Assembly: GCF_018350175.1 (NCBI RefSeq) | Contig: NC_058368.1 | Coordinates: forward strand, 54,252,001-54,316,000 | Source of the DNA: Felis catus | Lineage: Eukaryota | Length of the DNA stretch: 64,000 nt | Reading direction: 5' to 3' | Part shown: piece after piece, positions 37,511 to 51,028 of the stretch | Layout of the letters: each line of letters starts with the position of its first letter | Position numbering within the stretch: the stretch's first letter is position 1 | Notes under the pieces: model-generated | What the model was told of the DNA's origin: nothing | What the model saw: only the letters and a program-made list of their open reading frames with translations | Databases searched by the model: none | Program-made: the position numbers and the translations under genes

Positions 37511-37692
37511 TTTAAATACTTACTTATTTTGAGGGGTGGAGGCAGAGAGAGAGAGGGAAGAGAGAATTCTAAGCAGACTCCACACTGCCAGCACAGAGCC
37601 TGATATGGGATCGAACTCATGAGCCATGAGGTCATAACCTGAACTTACACCAAGAGTCAGATGCTTAACCGAATGAGCCACTCAGGCACCCC
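37511..37692 (-). mobile_element. CanSINE (short variant)
   Basis: Head GGGGTGCCTGAGTGGCTCATTCGGTTAAGC; TSD taggtgtttattta (37497-37510) / taggtgtatattta (37693-37706). Confidence 0.93.
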
Positions 37693-38867
37693 TAGGTGTA
37701 TATTTAAAGTACGGTACAAAATAATTAAAATTGAGTGAATCAAAGATGTTCTTTATTCTGGAACCAAAGATCCAGTAATCAAATTACCTTACTAATTTAT
37801 TTTTCTAGGACACAGATTTGATGCCATTGTTTATCTTTGTGAAATGATAAAAAATCTGAATAGCCATTTCAAAAAAAGATATTATTTTGCAAAATATTTA
37901 ACTTTTATAAAAATGTCATGTTGATTTTTGCTGCTTTATTGAGGTGCAGTGAAATTTAACAGAAATTGTAGAATGAGCTGAGTAGTCATGGCAGTGTGAG
38001 GCCAGCTTTCCGACTCAGTTTAGTACCCAGGAGGCAAAAGAGGTTGTTTGTGTAAGAAGGCATCCAGAGGTGCATGTGTGCGCATGTGCGTGCACTCACA
38101 TGCACTTGATGAGTCAAAATTGTGAATATTAGAGGTAAAGCTAAATCAGCATCACTCGGGCATTAAATATAAGAGCTGGTTAGAAGCAAGGGATAGACAA
38201 AATTTGGAAATTACAAAATGCATTTGATAGCAGAGGAAAGATCAGGTTTTTAGGCAAGGGAAATCACTGACCGACGTGTTTGCAATTATTATTAGTTTGG
38301 TCGAACACTCAGAAAAAGTCTTATTAAGGTAAAAGACCTTCCTCTCACTGGGGAAAATAGAAATCTCATGAATTTTAATAGATAGGAAAAACCTCCTATG
38401 AAGACATGAGAGAATGACATACAGAGAATGAGATGTAGAATGTGTTGTTGGAAACCTACATAAAGACATTAGCAAATCTGGGCCATTGTCCAACCTTGTG
38501 GGATTGGGTTATAATAAAGGACATTTTGACAGTCATTAGACTGAAAAAGGACAAGCACTTTCTGGAGGATAAGTAGTGCGAACGTGTGAAATAAACTTCG
38601 GAGGGCCTCAAACTCAAAACTTCGTTGTCTCATTTTGTCTAGAACGATCTCAGCCTTGAAGGGACAACTATATGTGTGTATATCATACATGGTAATCTTT
38701 CAGTAATTGGCTTATAAATCACTGAAGTTTCACCCATTTGTCCTTCATTTACAATAGAGTGTAGGAATTTGGTTCTAAAAGACTCAGAGATTAATATGAC
38801 AATTTAAGTTTAAAACTGAATGAATGAAATATCAAACGTGTGTGTGTGCACACTGTGTGTTATATGT

Positions 38868-39109
38868 TGTGTAGTGAGAAGAGTTCGGATCCAATATATC
38901 AGGGTTTGAACTCTAGATCTAAATCCAAAGCTCATATGTGAGCTTGAGCAAGGTAGTTAATTTCCCTGATCTTCGGTATTCATATCTGTAAAACAGGAGT
39001 AATCCTCTTTATACTAAAATATTGTAAGGGTTATATGAATTCATATATGCAGAGAATATAGTACTGGGTCTAGCAAATACTGGGTGATCAGTAAATATGT
39101 ATTATTATT
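38868..39109 (+). mobile_element. Near full-length MIR
   Basis: gtgtagtgagaagag..gggtttgaac..tgtgagcttgagcaaggtagttaatttccctg..catatctgtaaaacagg..tcagtaaatatgtattattatt. Confidence 0.8.
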
Positions 39110-40264
39110 CCGTTCACATCATTGTATCTTGTTAATTACAACAAGATACAATTCTTCATGAAGCTAATTCTTTAGGTAGTGCCAAGTAATAATGTTTCCA
39201 TTATTACATATTTAGTTACCTTATACATTATTCTTGGTAAAACATTAGGTTTTGTTGTGTTTCTCAGGTTTCCTCAAGAGTCATTGCATATTGTACTTCA
39301 GGTCCTGGTCAGCTATCATAATACACATTTAGTTAATTTAAGAGTTTAGAAGCTAATGGCCCCACTGCAAATCCCTTGACATTTTAAACCAAGCCAAATA
39401 AAGCAAGCAAGAGAGTGTTTTACATGAATTCTCCAAATAGGGAGGGTTATCAAGTTCATTTACATGTTTACCAAGGCTGCCAGCCATCCTGACTTGTTTG
39501 GTAGAGGCCTGTTTTTATATGAACTGAACTCCGTTTCTGATGGTCTGTTGGCAATAAAACAGCATGAAATCTCACTCATCATTATTACTTACTCAGTGGA
39601 CCTGTTTTTCATCAGTAAAGTTTGGCATTTAATCAGAGTTTAGGGTGCATCACTTCTGAACATGTATTTGGTGCTAGAGGCAACAAAAATCATTAAAATT
39701 TGGCTCTTGGTATAATGACGAGGTGCATGAATGGGGTGGAAGTTGTAAAAGGCTATAAAACTGTTAAATTTGGTGTGTGGGAGGAAGAAATTATTTGTAA
39801 AACCCATAAACTTCTTTAGCCAAAATATCTATTACATGCTAAATGGCACTAATGAGCTGTTCTAAAAGTCCAGGTTACTAAGTATATATGCATCTCTTTC
39901 TGTGTTAAGTGAATATTACAAAAAGGAACTTCAGGTTTTCCTTACTATTTCTGTAGGAAAAGCCAAACAATCTTGGTGCTACAAATTTAAGACCTGGGCC
40001 ACATTAAAAAAAGAAAAAAAGTATTAGTTTTAGAAACCATGGCCTCAAAAGTGAAAATTTCACATAAGATTTTGGATTGAGATCTTCTACACTGTTTCCT
40101 TATTTTTAACAATATCATAAATTTTAAAAAAAAGAATTCTCAAAGGACCAATGTTTTTAAATATTAATACTAAGAAACACTTAAGCATGCCAGTAATTAT
40201 AAGTATACCATTAAACACTATGACAGTTTACTGAAATTGATGAAAAGAAAAAAATCCAGCATTA

Positions 40265-40422
40265 TATGTATTTCTTTACCTATATTTCTATCTCTCTATC
40301 TCAAATCTATGTCTATACCTTTCTATATCATCTATATCTATATAATATCTATATTTATGTCTATCTACATCTGTGTCCATATCCATATCTCCACATCAAT
40401 ATCTATATATCCATATCTATTT
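40265..40422. repeat. Degenerate (TCTATA)n low-complexity tract
   Basis: Repeated tctata/tccata hexamers. Confidence 0.8.
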
Positions 40423-41164
40423 ACATGAAAAGAAAGAAGTAATGAAAATCAGCTTATTTTCAGCTATAAACATCCTATAAATGCCTATGAAATAATCAGA
40501 TAGAAAAAACTGAAATTAAAATGACCTCACCACCACAGAGCCACCATTCTAATTATTCACTTTAGGGTGTTGCTTTGAATAGCATTTATCCAAACTGTGA
40601 TGTTGGTAAAAGGTATGGTTTGAAATATGGATTGGTGATATGAGATTATAGTGTGCTTGGCTTAGATCAGACTTAATGTTTTCGTGGGAAAGTTAAATCC
40701 ACCCATCCAATTCCATTAGTAAATTAGCACTAGACCATCATAAATCACACAGCTACTGTCACACACAGCTATTTATGTCAAGTGAATAAAGACAACTCTG
40801 GGTCTGTTCCAGGAAGCTACGAGTAAACTGATTTCAGATCTCAAGGTGGAAGCCTGCGTCAATCAATCTTTATTAGGGAAAGGGTCTGAGCAGGAATAAC
40901 AATAGCAAACCAATCCATTAATTAATAAAGAAATGAAAGTTTAATTTAAATTTAATTTAGCATCTCTATTAAGATTTGGAATGATAACAAATAAGGAGAT
41001 GAAAGACATTTTCAATAAATAGTTTGGCTTTTACTAAATTCTAATGTGCAAAATCCGTCTACCAATTGGTATCTGACTTTTACAAGTTACTAAGAGATGA
41101 GATTGAATACCAACCATACAAGTCCATTTTGAAAATTTGTTCCCCAAAATGATAATACGTATAC

Positions 41165-41315
41165 ATTTAGACAAATTGATTTTGAGATGCCTGTGGAATA
41201 GATAGGTTATTTGCAGTTAAAAGTAGAGATCTGGAGCTCAGGAGAAAATTTGAGGCAATTGATGTAGATTAATGAGTTTTCAGCATATAGATGGTTATCA
41301 AAGCCATAGAAGTAG
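41165..41315 (-). mobile_element. L2 fragment
   Basis: tttgagatgcctgtgg, tctggagctcaggaga, cagcatatagatggttatcaaagccat. Confidence 0.7.
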
Positions 41316-41320
41316 CCTAA

Positions 41321-41463
41321 TGGGTATTTACCCAAAGAAAACAAATATACTAATTAGAAAAGATACATGCTCCCCTATGTTTATTGCAGCATTATTTATA
41401 AAAGCCAAGATGTGAAAACAATCGCAGTACCTATAAAAAGATAAATGGAAAAAGAAGATGTGG

Positions 41464-41515
<52 letters not shown>

Positions 41516-41609
41516 AATACTACGCATCCATTAAAAAAAAGGATGAGATCTTGCCATTTGGGACAACATGGATGGATGTAGAGGGTATTATGCTAAGTGA
41601 AGTAAGTCA
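41321..41609 (+). mobile_element. L1 ORF2 3' fragment containing a (CA)n microsatellite
   Basis: tgggtatttacccaaag..atgtttattgcagcattattt..gagatcttgccattt..tatgctaagtgaa; (AC)n at ~41467-41513. Confidence 0.88.
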
Positions 41610-42707
41610 CTTTGATCTTTTATCACATTCCTTACCCATTTGGATGATGGGAAGATTCACAATAGGGACAAATATATAATGCTTTAACTTATTTAGAAGA
41701 AAAATTGAGAGAATACTAATACAAAAAGAGATTAAAAGATGAAGACCTGGGCTTTATAAGCATGAAGGAACAATTAATTCTATGTCTCTGCTAAAGACAG
41801 AACAAGAAATGTTCTGGAACTGGTATTTGGTCTCTAATTGGACTTATGATCCTTAGAAAACTAAAGACAATATTTTTAGGGCTTGCTCCAGTTTGATTTA
41901 TAATTTCTATAAGAACAGTCTAAAAAGCCACCTGTACGATTTCTCAAAGATCCAGTTCCTAAAGGATTCATTCATTTATTCATTCATTCATTTTTTTCTA
42001 ACATTTAAAAGATGATATTGCATGTTTCATTATAGTTTTAAACATTTCCAAATATCTGCATTGTTTTTCAATTCCAGAGCATTACTCCTCCATTTGCAAT
42101 AGTTTGTCAGTTTATAGAAAACTTGCTACTCTGTGATTTTTCACAAGCCTACCTTTCGTTTTTAGGAAATAAATCTATAAACACCTAATAAGCTAATGTT
42201 TGCAATGACAATAGAACATAGGTTATACAAATAATCACGGAGTTCTGGCTTTACAATGAATGCATTCAGTAAGAGAATGTAGTTTATATGTTTTACTTTA
42301 AAAGAAGTTATGATAGAAATAGCTTTAACGTAGGCATTAGCAAATGTTCCCAGAGAAAGATTTTTGCTACAGTGAGACCTTAGGCAATTAGTTCCGAGTG
42401 AATTTATTTTACTAACAGGAATGATTTGTCCTGCTAATCAAGCTAGGATGAAAATAGCAAACAGGGCTTGGCCCATATTGAAGTGAAGTTCTTTTGAACC
42501 CTCCATTGCAATCTTCTTTTTAATCTCCTTGTTCTTTCTGTTTTTGTAATGTAACATTTCTTATCTCTAAATGGAGTAGTTCCTTCCTCTTTTTCTACTT
42601 TCCTTTTAAAAGAAAAAAAATTTCTCATCAGTTCTGGGACAGGAAAAGATAAAACTTGCAGGGAAATGGTAAAACATAAAATTTTGTGTCATTCTTCTGT
42701 TTTTCAG

Positions 42708-42771
42708 GACAAAAAATATTGCCTTGAGAAGTCACTCGCTGTGCCATTGGTTGGCCCATGACTCAGCAGAG
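42708..42771 (+). other. Candidate internal exon (64 nt), host gene unidentified
   Basis: Acceptor tgtcattcttctgtttttcag|G and consensus donor GAG|gtaagt in non-repetitive sequence. No transcript evidence available. Confidence 0.5.
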
Positions 42772-44509
42772 GTAAGTGGACATTTGCTAGGACTTCCTCC
42801 CAAAGTCTACTCACACTAGCTCCTCATTTGGATTGTCATGTGGGACAACTGATAACTCCTAAATTCCCATTTCAGACATTCTCATGAGTTGAAATTAAAA
42901 ATGAAAAATACCCTATTAATCAACGTAAGCATTCCTGGGTAAATGAGGGAAATTTCTAAAGAAATAAAATTAGGCCTGTCACATAAACACCCCAGATTTG
43001 TTTTGTTCTTCTTTTCTTAATTTTAAAGGATTTTTTTGGGGGGGGGAGGGTATATGTTCTATTCAGTTGTTCTGAGGCATTTGTTTTTGTTTGGAATTGC
43101 TCTGGAACAAATTTAGGCATCATAGAATAAATTAAATACAACCTATGAGAAATGTAATGAATACAAAAAGTTACCCAGTGTTGACTTTAAATTTGCACAA
43201 GGCTATGGATATTTTTGGTAAAAACTTAGGATATTTTTTTATATAATACGGGCCCCCCCCCCCAAAGGCATTAGAACATTTTCTTGGGCAATATTCATTC
43301 TATTACTTACTTACTTGTGGTAATGAAAGCTTCTGAAGAAAAATAGAAAAAATAAAGTGAAACAAAGAAAAGTATTTAATCAAAGGGATATGGCATAAAT
43401 GGTTTTATACTTAGTTCACCCACACAGGTAAAAAAAGGTTAGATAAACATTCAGGCAACTAAATGAAGGGAAGAAATAATTATCATGTTAGCATATGGGA
43501 TAAAGAAAAGGGAATATTGATTAAGACCTCCAAAGTGAAGCAACTGTCGCAAAGATGAGGAGAGAACAGTAGGTCTATATGGAAAGAATTTGAAGGTGGA
43601 TTAATAAATTGCAGCATACCTGAGGTATGTCTCCAAGAAGGTAGAATTCAAGCTAGGGAGGAAAGGGTGGATTTTTAAGCAAAGGGGCTATATGTTCTGC
43701 TGGGGAAAAAGCATGGCAAAGATGTGGCACAGAGGAAAAAATAAATGTGGTTTCCTGGAATGGCAAGTCCTCCCATTGAAACTTTAGGAAATGTTTCAAC
43801 TAGATATATTAAATGGTTCTGGTGGAATGCTGTAATTCTGAAAACATCAGTTCCTTCACTGTAGTTTTTAAACAACAGGGGAGGGGTGTCTTCTTTGACA
43901 TTCCTCCTTCTTATCACACATCCATATCCAAGTCCTGTTTGTTCCCGGGTAAGATCCCTCAAATCTATCACTGCTCCAACCCCGATGTCATACACCTTCC
44001 TGGAAATATTTAAATATTTTTAACCTTTATGAAAAAATTCCTTTCTTCTAATTATATTCTAAAAATAGATTTTGCTTTGTAAAATCTGGGCATCCACAGA
44101 GTATGGAAAACTGAGCTCCTGTAAAAAGTTCAATTTTCTCTAATAAGAGTGTCAAAATTTGGTTTTTTATAGATGGAAGAAAAAAATAATAATTCCTGCC
44201 AAAAATAAGTGAGGCTAAAATGTGCATTTTAGCTCTGTGTTCTAATTAAATTATAAATTCATGTTTGGTTTATTAAGTCATCGGATTTTGACTTATAAAC
44301 TTGAATGAGGAGTCATGGAACTTCTCACTTTGATGATGTACTTTAAGTATATTATATAAGAATATTATTCATAACCTAACTTGAATTTATTCATAGAAAA
44401 AATAGTTAGGTCTACCAGGTCCATCAGGGTAGCTCAACCAATGGTTCCCCTTGAGCATAATTTTGAATTTCCTTATCAAATATATCACCGTTTCCTGGAA
44501 AAACTCAAA

Positions 44510-44700
44510 ATTCAGTGATGTCTTTCTGAAAGCACAGTCTCCAGAATGGACATAATTTCAACAATGATCTAAGCAGAGTAGAGAGAGATTCTTAGCTTCC
44601 TTTTTTTAGATGTCATATTCAATTGACAAAGTTCAAGATTATATTAGTTTTTTCAGAAACAACTATTTTATTCAGTTAAAACAAAATACCGAAGTCTTTA
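44510..44700 (-). mobile_element. L3/CR1 fragment
   Basis: ccagaatggacataatttc..gcagagtagag..aagattatattagttttttcag resembles antisense CR1 ORF2. Confidence 0.55.
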
Positions 44701-45233
44701 TAAAATCCACTTACATTACCTCAGGGAGGGGAAACAAACTGGATTCCTCTTAAAGTCAGTTCAGTTCAAAATACAATGAAATCCTCTTAAATCTGTTAAG
44801 GATTTGTTATAATTATATGCAATTACATGATGTGTAAAGAAACAAAGAGGGGAAAAGGTAGGCTAGTAAGCTATTTTCAGGATTAAAAAATACATAAGGA
44901 ACATTTGGTGTTCATTGAGAATGAGGGTGGGAAACAGTAAAACGTCAAATTGTTTTCACTTTTAGCTGGAATCATATCAGCTCAGTGTTACATTGCTCAT
45001 TTTATGCTGCTCTGAGGTTGTATGTGCATACTTACATATACATATCTGCAATACATATTTGATTAATAAACATAGGAAAATAAATGAATTATTCCTGAGT
45101 AAATGCAACAGATCTGCTGCATAAATTCTATGGGAAACATTTTGGAATTGGTATCTTCAAAACACAGAAATCTGAATATATGTAAGAACATTTAGTAAAT
45201 CTCCTTGTCGTTCCCTGGTTTTTCATATTTCAG

Positions 45234-45351
45234 AGGGTGTTCCTCATCCACTTCTGGATGGCATCCATTCTGTGGCTGGCAGAATGTGGGCTGGAAGAGC
45301 CATGTATACAACATACTGCAGTTGTGGCTCTTTCCTTATGAGTGTGGTCAG
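45234..45351 (+). other. Candidate exon (118 nt to a weak donor, or the start of a terminal exon)
   Basis: Strong acceptor ctccttgtcgttccctggtttttcatatttcag|A; step up in GC after the AG; possible donor CAG|gtttgc; two of three frames open. Confidence 0.45.
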
Positions 45352-48300
45352 GTTTGCCGTTGAGATTCTCATACAGATACAACCTCTTCTACATGCACCA
45401 TCTGTATCAGCCCCTAGACAGCTCTCTTCTCCGGGTTTTCACGTTTATGCACAAAAACTATGATTAGTCCCATGAAAGAAAAGCAAATTTCTTTCCATTG
45501 CCTCAAAAACTTGTTTGCTATTTTCCCTCTAATCTGGTCTGAAAGACCACACAATTGTGTAATACGTAATTTAAATTTCGGGTAAAGCGAATGGAGAAAA
45601 TTCTGTGAGTTTTCAATTTGGAGGCTTGCTTTGCCTCTCCTGGCAATCCAGAATTCCCATCCTGCTTGTGTCTCTTTGTTTCTGATGTGTGTTCAGCAGT
45701 TCCAGCCACCAGAGAGTTTCCTTGCTCAGGGCTCCTGCCTCCTGTGGTTAGGAGCCATAACATCTGTGATTCTTTTCTTCTATTGATTTGAGATGCAATT
45801 ATCATTATTCTCTTTCTTTTTGGTATAAACATATGCTTAAATACATGGCCCAGTTATTATTCATTTCGTGTACATGTTATTATACAGAAATCATTTACTG
45901 CCACTGGGGATAACATGGATATTTGACAGTATTTTTTTAATGTTGTCTTATCATTAATTACCTATGTCCCCATTTTTGATGCTATGTCAATTCAAAAATT
46001 CCTATATATGGGCTTTTTATTGTATATGTGTAAATATCTTTATGGAGCACCAAGCGGTGGGTATACCGTTAAAAGCATTACAAGATAATTAAAGGAAATC
46101 CTAACAAGTAGGAATTATTCTCTAACTAAAAAAAGAAAAATTCATGCCTTGTGAGAGAAAATCATCTCAAAAGTTTGCAGCCTTTGGCTCACATATGCCT
46201 TCAAGTTACTCCTGTGATAGCACAGTTTGGCAAAATTTCATTTTGGTTCGAAGGAAGTACAACACTCATGACCGTTTCATGTTGTGGCCAGAGAAGGGAA
46301 AAGTTAATGACGGGACTCGAGGACAGGCACACGGACAACCACAGATGAGGTCCATAGGATACCACATCTTCGCACTATGCGCGTTTAATCTCTCTTCCCC
46401 CACGAAAAGAACTGAGCTCGATCAGTTGACTGAAAAATGAACCCTACCTTTGGGGGTTTTACACTAAAGCAAACTAAAATAAAATACACTTATTAAACAA
46501 AGGTCTTGGGATTTTATTGTGAGACTTTTAAGTGATCTTCAAATCCTGGATTCTATTTGAGGTATGTACAAGTTTGTGAGGCACTTGGTATTTGCACTTA
46601 CCCATATACAGTAACCTAGATGGCACAGGCACCTGGCACCTGTTAAGAATTTTAGGCTGTTCTTGTGACAGCAAAGAGTGGCAAACTGAAAATATCTGTG
46701 CCATTAATATGCAATAATATATATTTTTTCATATGAAAAAAAGAAAGTCAATTTGTAGATCCTGGATGGACTGAGTTGATCAATGCAGACACGGCTATCA
46801 CTACCACTTCTGATTCTAATTCATCCGCGTGCTTTGGTTTTAATTTAATTGCTAAATAAATAGGGTCTATAATTTTAATCTATGTTTTTTATTCCACTTA
46901 CTTATTGTCTCAGAAATGTTGTTTGTTTCTTGTAATAGCATACATCTGATGTCTCTGCGTCTCAGGAGGGTTGTGGTGTGGTTAGAGTGGGGCTTAGTCT
47001 TCGCCCATCCCTGTAGTAGCTATGTTAAGTATATGCTAAAGATATATGGGAATTGGTGGCCGTTTTAAAGAAAGCTCAGAAATGCATATACATTTTGTTT
47101 CTCATTTCCTCTTTGTTCCTTTTGGAGAGTTACTGTACTGTTTGGTTCTTTGGAGACATTTCTCTTTCCTGTCCTTTGATAATCAAACTATTTTATATAA
47201 ATTTAGAGACAATCTCATTGGCTGTCTTTATTTTATTTCTTTGGACCCGATTTTCTCTTGATTGTAAATTTGTCATTAGGGAATTGTTTTCTTCCTTTAG
47301 GCCAAACAGCTGTTTTTTATTTTATCTTTCTTCTTCTTCTTCTTTTTTTTTTTTTTTCTTTTTCCACTAAGGAGGTCAAGTTCCTTTGGGGGGAAAACTT
47401 CAGTTCATTATGTTCTTTTCTTTTACATCAACATGTACAACAACAAAATACAAATTGCTTTTGGGCTCTGAGTTGCTGTAGTAGATTTAGTATTATTCAT
47501 TTAAATATCTTTGAATTTCCAAATGGTAGGACTACTTCCAACCCTCAGCTAATGCCCAGTTAGCAGCTTATTATAGCTAATTTACTTTCATCTGTAGATA
47601 TGGAAAACACATCCTTAACCATGTATTAGTAGGTTGCTGGAAAGAGTGACATCTGGTTAGCTTTTATTCCTATTTTGCTGCGCTTTTACATTCCATTTAA
47701 AAATACCCAGGACTGGTTAACACAAATCATTAATCAAAAGCCTATTTCAGATACTGTCAGTGGTTTTGGCATTACCTATTCCATCTATAAAGTGTCCAAA
47801 GTCTTTGAATTAAATGACTCATTACATCTCTGGTCTTGATAGCCAGTGGGCTCTCTTAGTATGATGTTATATACTTGGAATAGTGATTGGCAATGGGGAT
47901 GCTGTTCAAGTGCAGAAAACTATTAGCAAAATTAGTAAAATAAAAGTTTAGGTTAAACTTGAAAAAAGGATAATACATAAAATAGTACTAGAAATTCACA
48001 AGAATTTGCCATATCTTTTTGAAAGTCAGGATATTGTCTAGGCCTAAGTGATCTTATGTCCCTTCTCTTTGTGAAAGGAAATAAGACAAATATAATGCTC
48101 ATAATAAAACAATCTATTTGCTCTTTCTTCCCTCCCTCCCTCCCTCCCTCCCAAGGTTTTGATATATAGATTAATTTAATTAACTGAACCATGTATTACA
48201 GAAACACAAATAGTTCAGTTGCACAATGGGTGGGAAAACACAGGCTTCCTGTAGCTTCACAATCATTCCTTCATGTTAGAATAGGAAAGAAACCCTGAGT

Positions 48301-48401
48301 GTGTGTTTGCCATGTGAAAAAACTTGCTTTGGTTCTATCTAATTTTTGCTTTTTCTAAGGTTTTAGAGATCTAGGTATTTACTACTTTCAAAGTTTGTAA
48401 T

Positions 48402-48621
48402 GGGGCGCCTGGGTGGCTCAGTTGGTTGAGCATGACTTCGGCTCAGGTCAGGATCTCACGGTCTGTGGGTTCAAGCCCCGCATTAGGCTCTGTGCTGACA
48501 GCTCGGAGACGGGAGCCTCCTTCAGATTCTGTGTCTCCCTCTCTCTCTCTCTGCCCCTTCCCCACTCGTGCTCTTTCTCTCTCTGTCTCTCAAAAATAAA
48601 TAAACACTAAAAAATTTTTTT
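48402..48621 (+). mobile_element. Feline CanSINE
   Basis: Head ggggcgcctgggtggctcagttggttgagc; TSD aaagtttgtaa at 48390-48400 and 48622-48632. Confidence 0.96.
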
Positions 48622-49274
48622 AAAGTTTGTAAGTCAAGAATTATGAGGAAAGGTGGGAGCATGCGGAGTGTGTGGTTTATCATCTCCTCTCCTCTGAAAT
48701 ATAGTTAGAACAAGGGACAACTTGCATTTATGATTAAAATCATAAAAGTCACCAAATTGATAGCCATGTTGAGAATTTCAGCCAGACACAGCATATATAA
48801 GATCAAACTAGGGAAAAGCACTGGAGGTCAACAAGATAATAGGTGCCATCACTCAGGTGACAGTAACAGGTGAAGCCATCTCAGCAGTTCCTACATCTGG
48901 AGGGATGGTTTATCAACATGGCAAGTGGCAGCCCAGTAATTTAGGCTGAGTTTTGGTGGCAGAAGCTATCACAAGAGATGGCCTACATAAGAGAGAGAAG
49001 CAGTCAATAGGGTGGCTCCAGTGAAATTTTACAAGGTGAATTCCATCTTAGGGGTGACAATGCTACTCCTACACCAGGCAAGGGAACTGGTAATGCACAG
49101 TCTGAAATCTGGCGTAGTACTTCACGAATGAAACACACAAACGCACACATGAAAACAAAAGAAATGAGGCCACGAAGACATGTAATTCTCCATCTGGAAT
49201 TACCCATATTTCCAGCACCTTGTCTCTACTCAAAAAATTGCAAAAAAAAAAGAACCAATTAAAAGTTCATTTTC

Positions 49275-50553
49275 AGACCCACAAATGTACAGACAACTAA
49301 TTTTTGACAAAGCAGGAAAGAATATCCAATGGAATAAAGACAGTCTCTTCAGCAGCTGATGCTGGGAAAACTGGACAGAGACATGCAGAAAAATGAACCT
49401 GGGCCACTTTCTTACACCACACACAAAAATAAACTCAAAATGGATGAAAGACCTCAATGTAAGACAGGAAGCCATCAAAATCTCCGAGGAGAAAGCAGGC
49501 AAAAACCTCTTTGCCACAGTAACTTCTTGGCCAAAGCAACTTCTTACTAAACATGTCTCCAGAGGCAAGGGAAAAAAATGAACTATTGGGACCTCATCAA
49601 AATAAAAAGCTTCTGCACAGCGAAGGAAACAACCAGCAAAACTAAAAGGCAACCGACAGAATGGGAGAAGATATTTGCAAACGACATATCAGATAAAGGG
49701 TCAGTATCCCAAATCAATTAAGAACTTATCAACCTCAACACCCAAAAACCAAATAATCCAGTGAAGAAAGGGGCAAAAGACATGAATAGACATTTCTCCA
49801 AAGAAGACATCCAGATGGCCAACTGACACATGAAAAAATGCCCAACATCATTCATCATCAGAGAAATACAAATCAAAACCACAATGAGATACCTACCACC
49901 TTACACCTGTCAGAATGGCTAACTTAACAACTCAAGCAACAACAGATGTTGGCGAGGATGCGGAGAGAGAGGATCTCTTCTGCAGTGTTGGTGGGAATGC
50001 AAACTGGTGCAGCCACTCTGGAAAACAGTATGGAGGTTCCTCAAAAAATTAAAAATAGAACTACCCTATGACTCAGCAATTGCACTACTAGGTATTTATC
50101 CAAGGGATACAGGTATGCTGTTTCGAAGGGGCACATGCACTCCACTGTTTATAGCAGCACTAGCAATACAATGGAGTATTACTCAGCAATCAAAAAGAAT
50201 GAAATCTTGGCATTTGCAGCCATATGGATGGAACTAGAGGGTATTATGCTAAGCAAGAATAGAGAAAGACAAATATCATATGACTTCACTCAAATAAGGA
50301 CTTTAAGACACAGAACAGATGAACACAAGGGAAGGGAAGCAAAAATAATATAAAAACGGGAGGGGGACAAAACATAAGAGACTCTTAAATATGGAGAACA
50401 AACTGAGGGTTACTGGAGGGTTGTAGGAGGGGCGGATGGGCTAAATGGGTAAAGGGTATTAAGGAATCTACCCCTGAAATCATTGTTGCATTATATGCTA
50501 ACTAACTTGGATGTAAATTAAAGAAATTTTTTTTGAAAATAAATAACAACAAA
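49275..50553 (+). mobile_element. 5'-truncated felid/carnivore L1
   Basis: ORF2 C-terminal region with stops and frameshifts, an internal deletion of ~70 bp near 50165 relative to the L1 at 9.3-9.4 kb, 3' UTR and A tail; perfect TSD aaaagttcattttc at 49261-49274 and 50554-50567. Confidence 0.95.
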
Positions 50554-50689
50554 AAAAGTTCATTTTCTGATGTTTGCGTTTTATGGAACCATGCAGAAAT
50601 GTGATGATTGGAGCTGATATACTTCCCTCTGTCATCCTGGAGTGAGTCTTGAACTCCAAGTACTCAAGCCAAAAAGGAACAGGTTACTT

Positions 50690-50900
50690 GAAAGCAAAGA
50701 TAAGGCTCATTTCAGATTTTGCAAAATTAGATACCAGAGGCAAAATGAGAAATTCTAAGTACAAAAGAATAATACTGTAATTCAAGAATATGTGTTAGTC
50801 CAAGTAATATTTCCTGTCTGAGAGCAACAAAAAAGATATTTTTAGATAGGCAAAGACTCAGCACACCATGCAGTTCTGGTAAAGGAAGAGAATGAAGTTG
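50690..50900 (+). mobile_element. Old L1M ORF1-like fragment
   Basis: tcagattt..tagataccagaggcaaaatgag..caagaat..aaagatatttttagata..aagactcag; probably part of a fragmented old L1 spanning ~48.6-52.3 kb. Confidence 0.45.
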
Positions 50901-51028
50901 TTTTTATGTGAACTTCTGCCTGAAATTTCTAAAATGATAAAAAAATGAAAATTAACCTTAACTCTAATAAACTAAGGAATAGCTTCATTATCAAATCATA
51001 TAATATCTTTTAGAAACAGTGACAATCT

